Below, piece after piece: positions 62,877 to 64,000 of a stretch of 64,000 bases of DNA (position 1 is the first letter of the stretch; every line of letters begins with the position of its first letter). The stretch is from the NCBI GenBank assembly GCA_965209155.1, contig OZ242383.1, positions 576,001-640,000 on the forward strand, in the 5' to 3' direction. Position numbers and translations under genes: made by a program. The stretch is from a bacterium (GTDB lineage: Bacteria > SAR324 > NAC60-12). Under the pieces are notes generated by a model. The model saw nothing but the letters and a program-made list of their open reading frames with translations. It did not search any database and was not told the DNA's origin.

Positions 62877-63080
62877 AACGCGAGATCCTCGCCAACCCTT
62901 CGCAAATAATTCCGGACGAGTAGAAAAATCGGAAGATGCCTTGACATTCTCGCATTTTGAATCGATGATGGCTCATTTCCAATGAGGTGTTGTGACGAGG
63001 AGTGCCTGCCAGGCCAAAGCCCGCTCTCTTCGAAATACGGATGATCCTTCCATTTTCCGGGACCCTGAGATTCAAGCGCA

Positions 63081-63857
63081 ATGAACAAAATTCATCCCAC
63101 TGCAATTATAGAAATGGGAGCCGAGCTCGGGAACGAGATTGAAGTTGGACCCTATTGTCGCATTGGCCCTCAAGTGACCCTGGACGACGGATGCTTCCTG
63201 CGTTCCCATGTCGTGATTGAAGGAAGTACGACGATCGGCAAGAGAAATTTGTTCTACCAGTTCGCCACAATCGGTTCCGATCCTCAATATCTCAAATATA
63301 ACCAGGAAAACACCCTCCTGACCATTGGTAACGACAATACGTTCCGCGAGGGGGTTTCCGTTCACAAAGGGACGGAAGCCGGCATACGCAATACCATCAT
63401 CGGCGATCACAACCTGTTAATGGGTTACGTTCACGTGGCGCATGATTGTCAAATCGGCAATCACAACATCCTCACCAATTACACGGGTTTGAGCGGTCAT
63501 GTCATTTTGGACAATTACGTGACGCTTGGCGGGCAAAATGGAGTGACCCAGTTTGTCAGAATCGGAAATTACAGCTATTTTGGCGCGGGTACGATGATCG
63601 ACAAACATATCGCGCCTTATACGACAGGATACGGGAACCGGGTCCAAGTCAGGGGAGTGAACATCGTTGGCTTGAAACGGAAGGGATTTTCCCGGGAAGC
63701 GATCAATAATATTCTCGACGTACACCGCCTTTTTTTTCGTTCGGAATTGAACGAAAAAGATGCCCTGCGTACCATTGAGGAGCAATATGGGCATTTGCAG
63801 GAAATTCGCGTGTTCATCGACTTCGTCCGTTCCGTGGAAGGGGGCGTGCGAAAATAG
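63081..63857 (+). CDS. lpxA: UDP-N-acetylglucosamine acyltransferase
   Basis: IHPTAII, hexapeptide repeats, HVAHDC and GVNIVGLKRKGF motifs. Confidence 0.92.
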   Translation: MNKIHPTAIIEMGAELGNEIEVGPYCRIGPQVTLDDGCFLRSHVVIEGSTTIGKRNLFYQFATIGSDPQYLKYNQENTLLTIGNDNTFREGVSVHKGTEAGIRNTIIGDHNLLMGYVHVAHDCQIGNHNILTNYTGLSGHVILDNYVTLGGQNGVTQFVRIGNYSYFGAGTMIDKHIAPYTTGYGNRVQVRGVNIVGLKRKGFSREAINNILDVHRLFFRSELNEKDALRTIEEQYGHLQEIRVFIDFVRSVEGGVRK

Positions 63858-63938
63858 TAAAACCTTTTGAAAAATTTCGGGACATGGACTGGCAGCCTGT
63901 CCCGGAACGTTTCGTAATTCGCGTACCATAACGATCCA

Positions 63939-64000
63939 ATGCAAGATCAACTCAATGCTCTCAAGGAAAAAGGATTGCAAGAATTGAAACAACTCTCGCA
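63939..64000 (+). CDS. Start of a gene truncated by the window edge (helical N-terminus, possibly pheS)
   Basis: MQDQLNALKEKGLQELKQLS; only 20 codons visible. Confidence 0.3.
   Translation, partial: MQDQLNALKEKGLQELKQLS

Overview
This bacterial window has two halves; the RpoB/RpoC and gene content look deltaproteobacteria-like, possibly SAR324, which is an inference. The first ~24 kb is a mosaic accessory region. It carries catabolic oxidoreductases (epimerase, SDR, TauD, LLM, SnoaL, ABM, PhyH, AKR), a peptide-family ABC importer, a VapBC-like pair, an IS1595 element, an IS110/IS1111-group element, and a giant frameshifted Zn-ribbon/pseudokinase/AAA/GAF/sigma54-activator gene. It is littered with short duplicated gene ends and gene scraps. 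From 24 to 64 kb the genes are mostly housekeeping (modF-like, MATE, prfB with programmed frameshift, cheY-like, ABC-F, batDE, stand-alone rpoBC, glcDEF, lpxA), interspersed with TGTC/CGTC-type palindromic REPs and small MITE-like elements. The strongest signal is the IS110-family element at 6387-7787. Its ends, CT core, circle-junction promoter and REP target can all be reconstructed from the sequence. Its non-coding end contains four short segments matching both halves of the target and both halves of the donor junction, as expected for a bridge/seek RNA. A second strong signal is the sigma54 activator with candidate binding palindromes and a -24/-12 promoter, which are now separated by an IS1595 insertion. 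All alignments and counts were done by eye.
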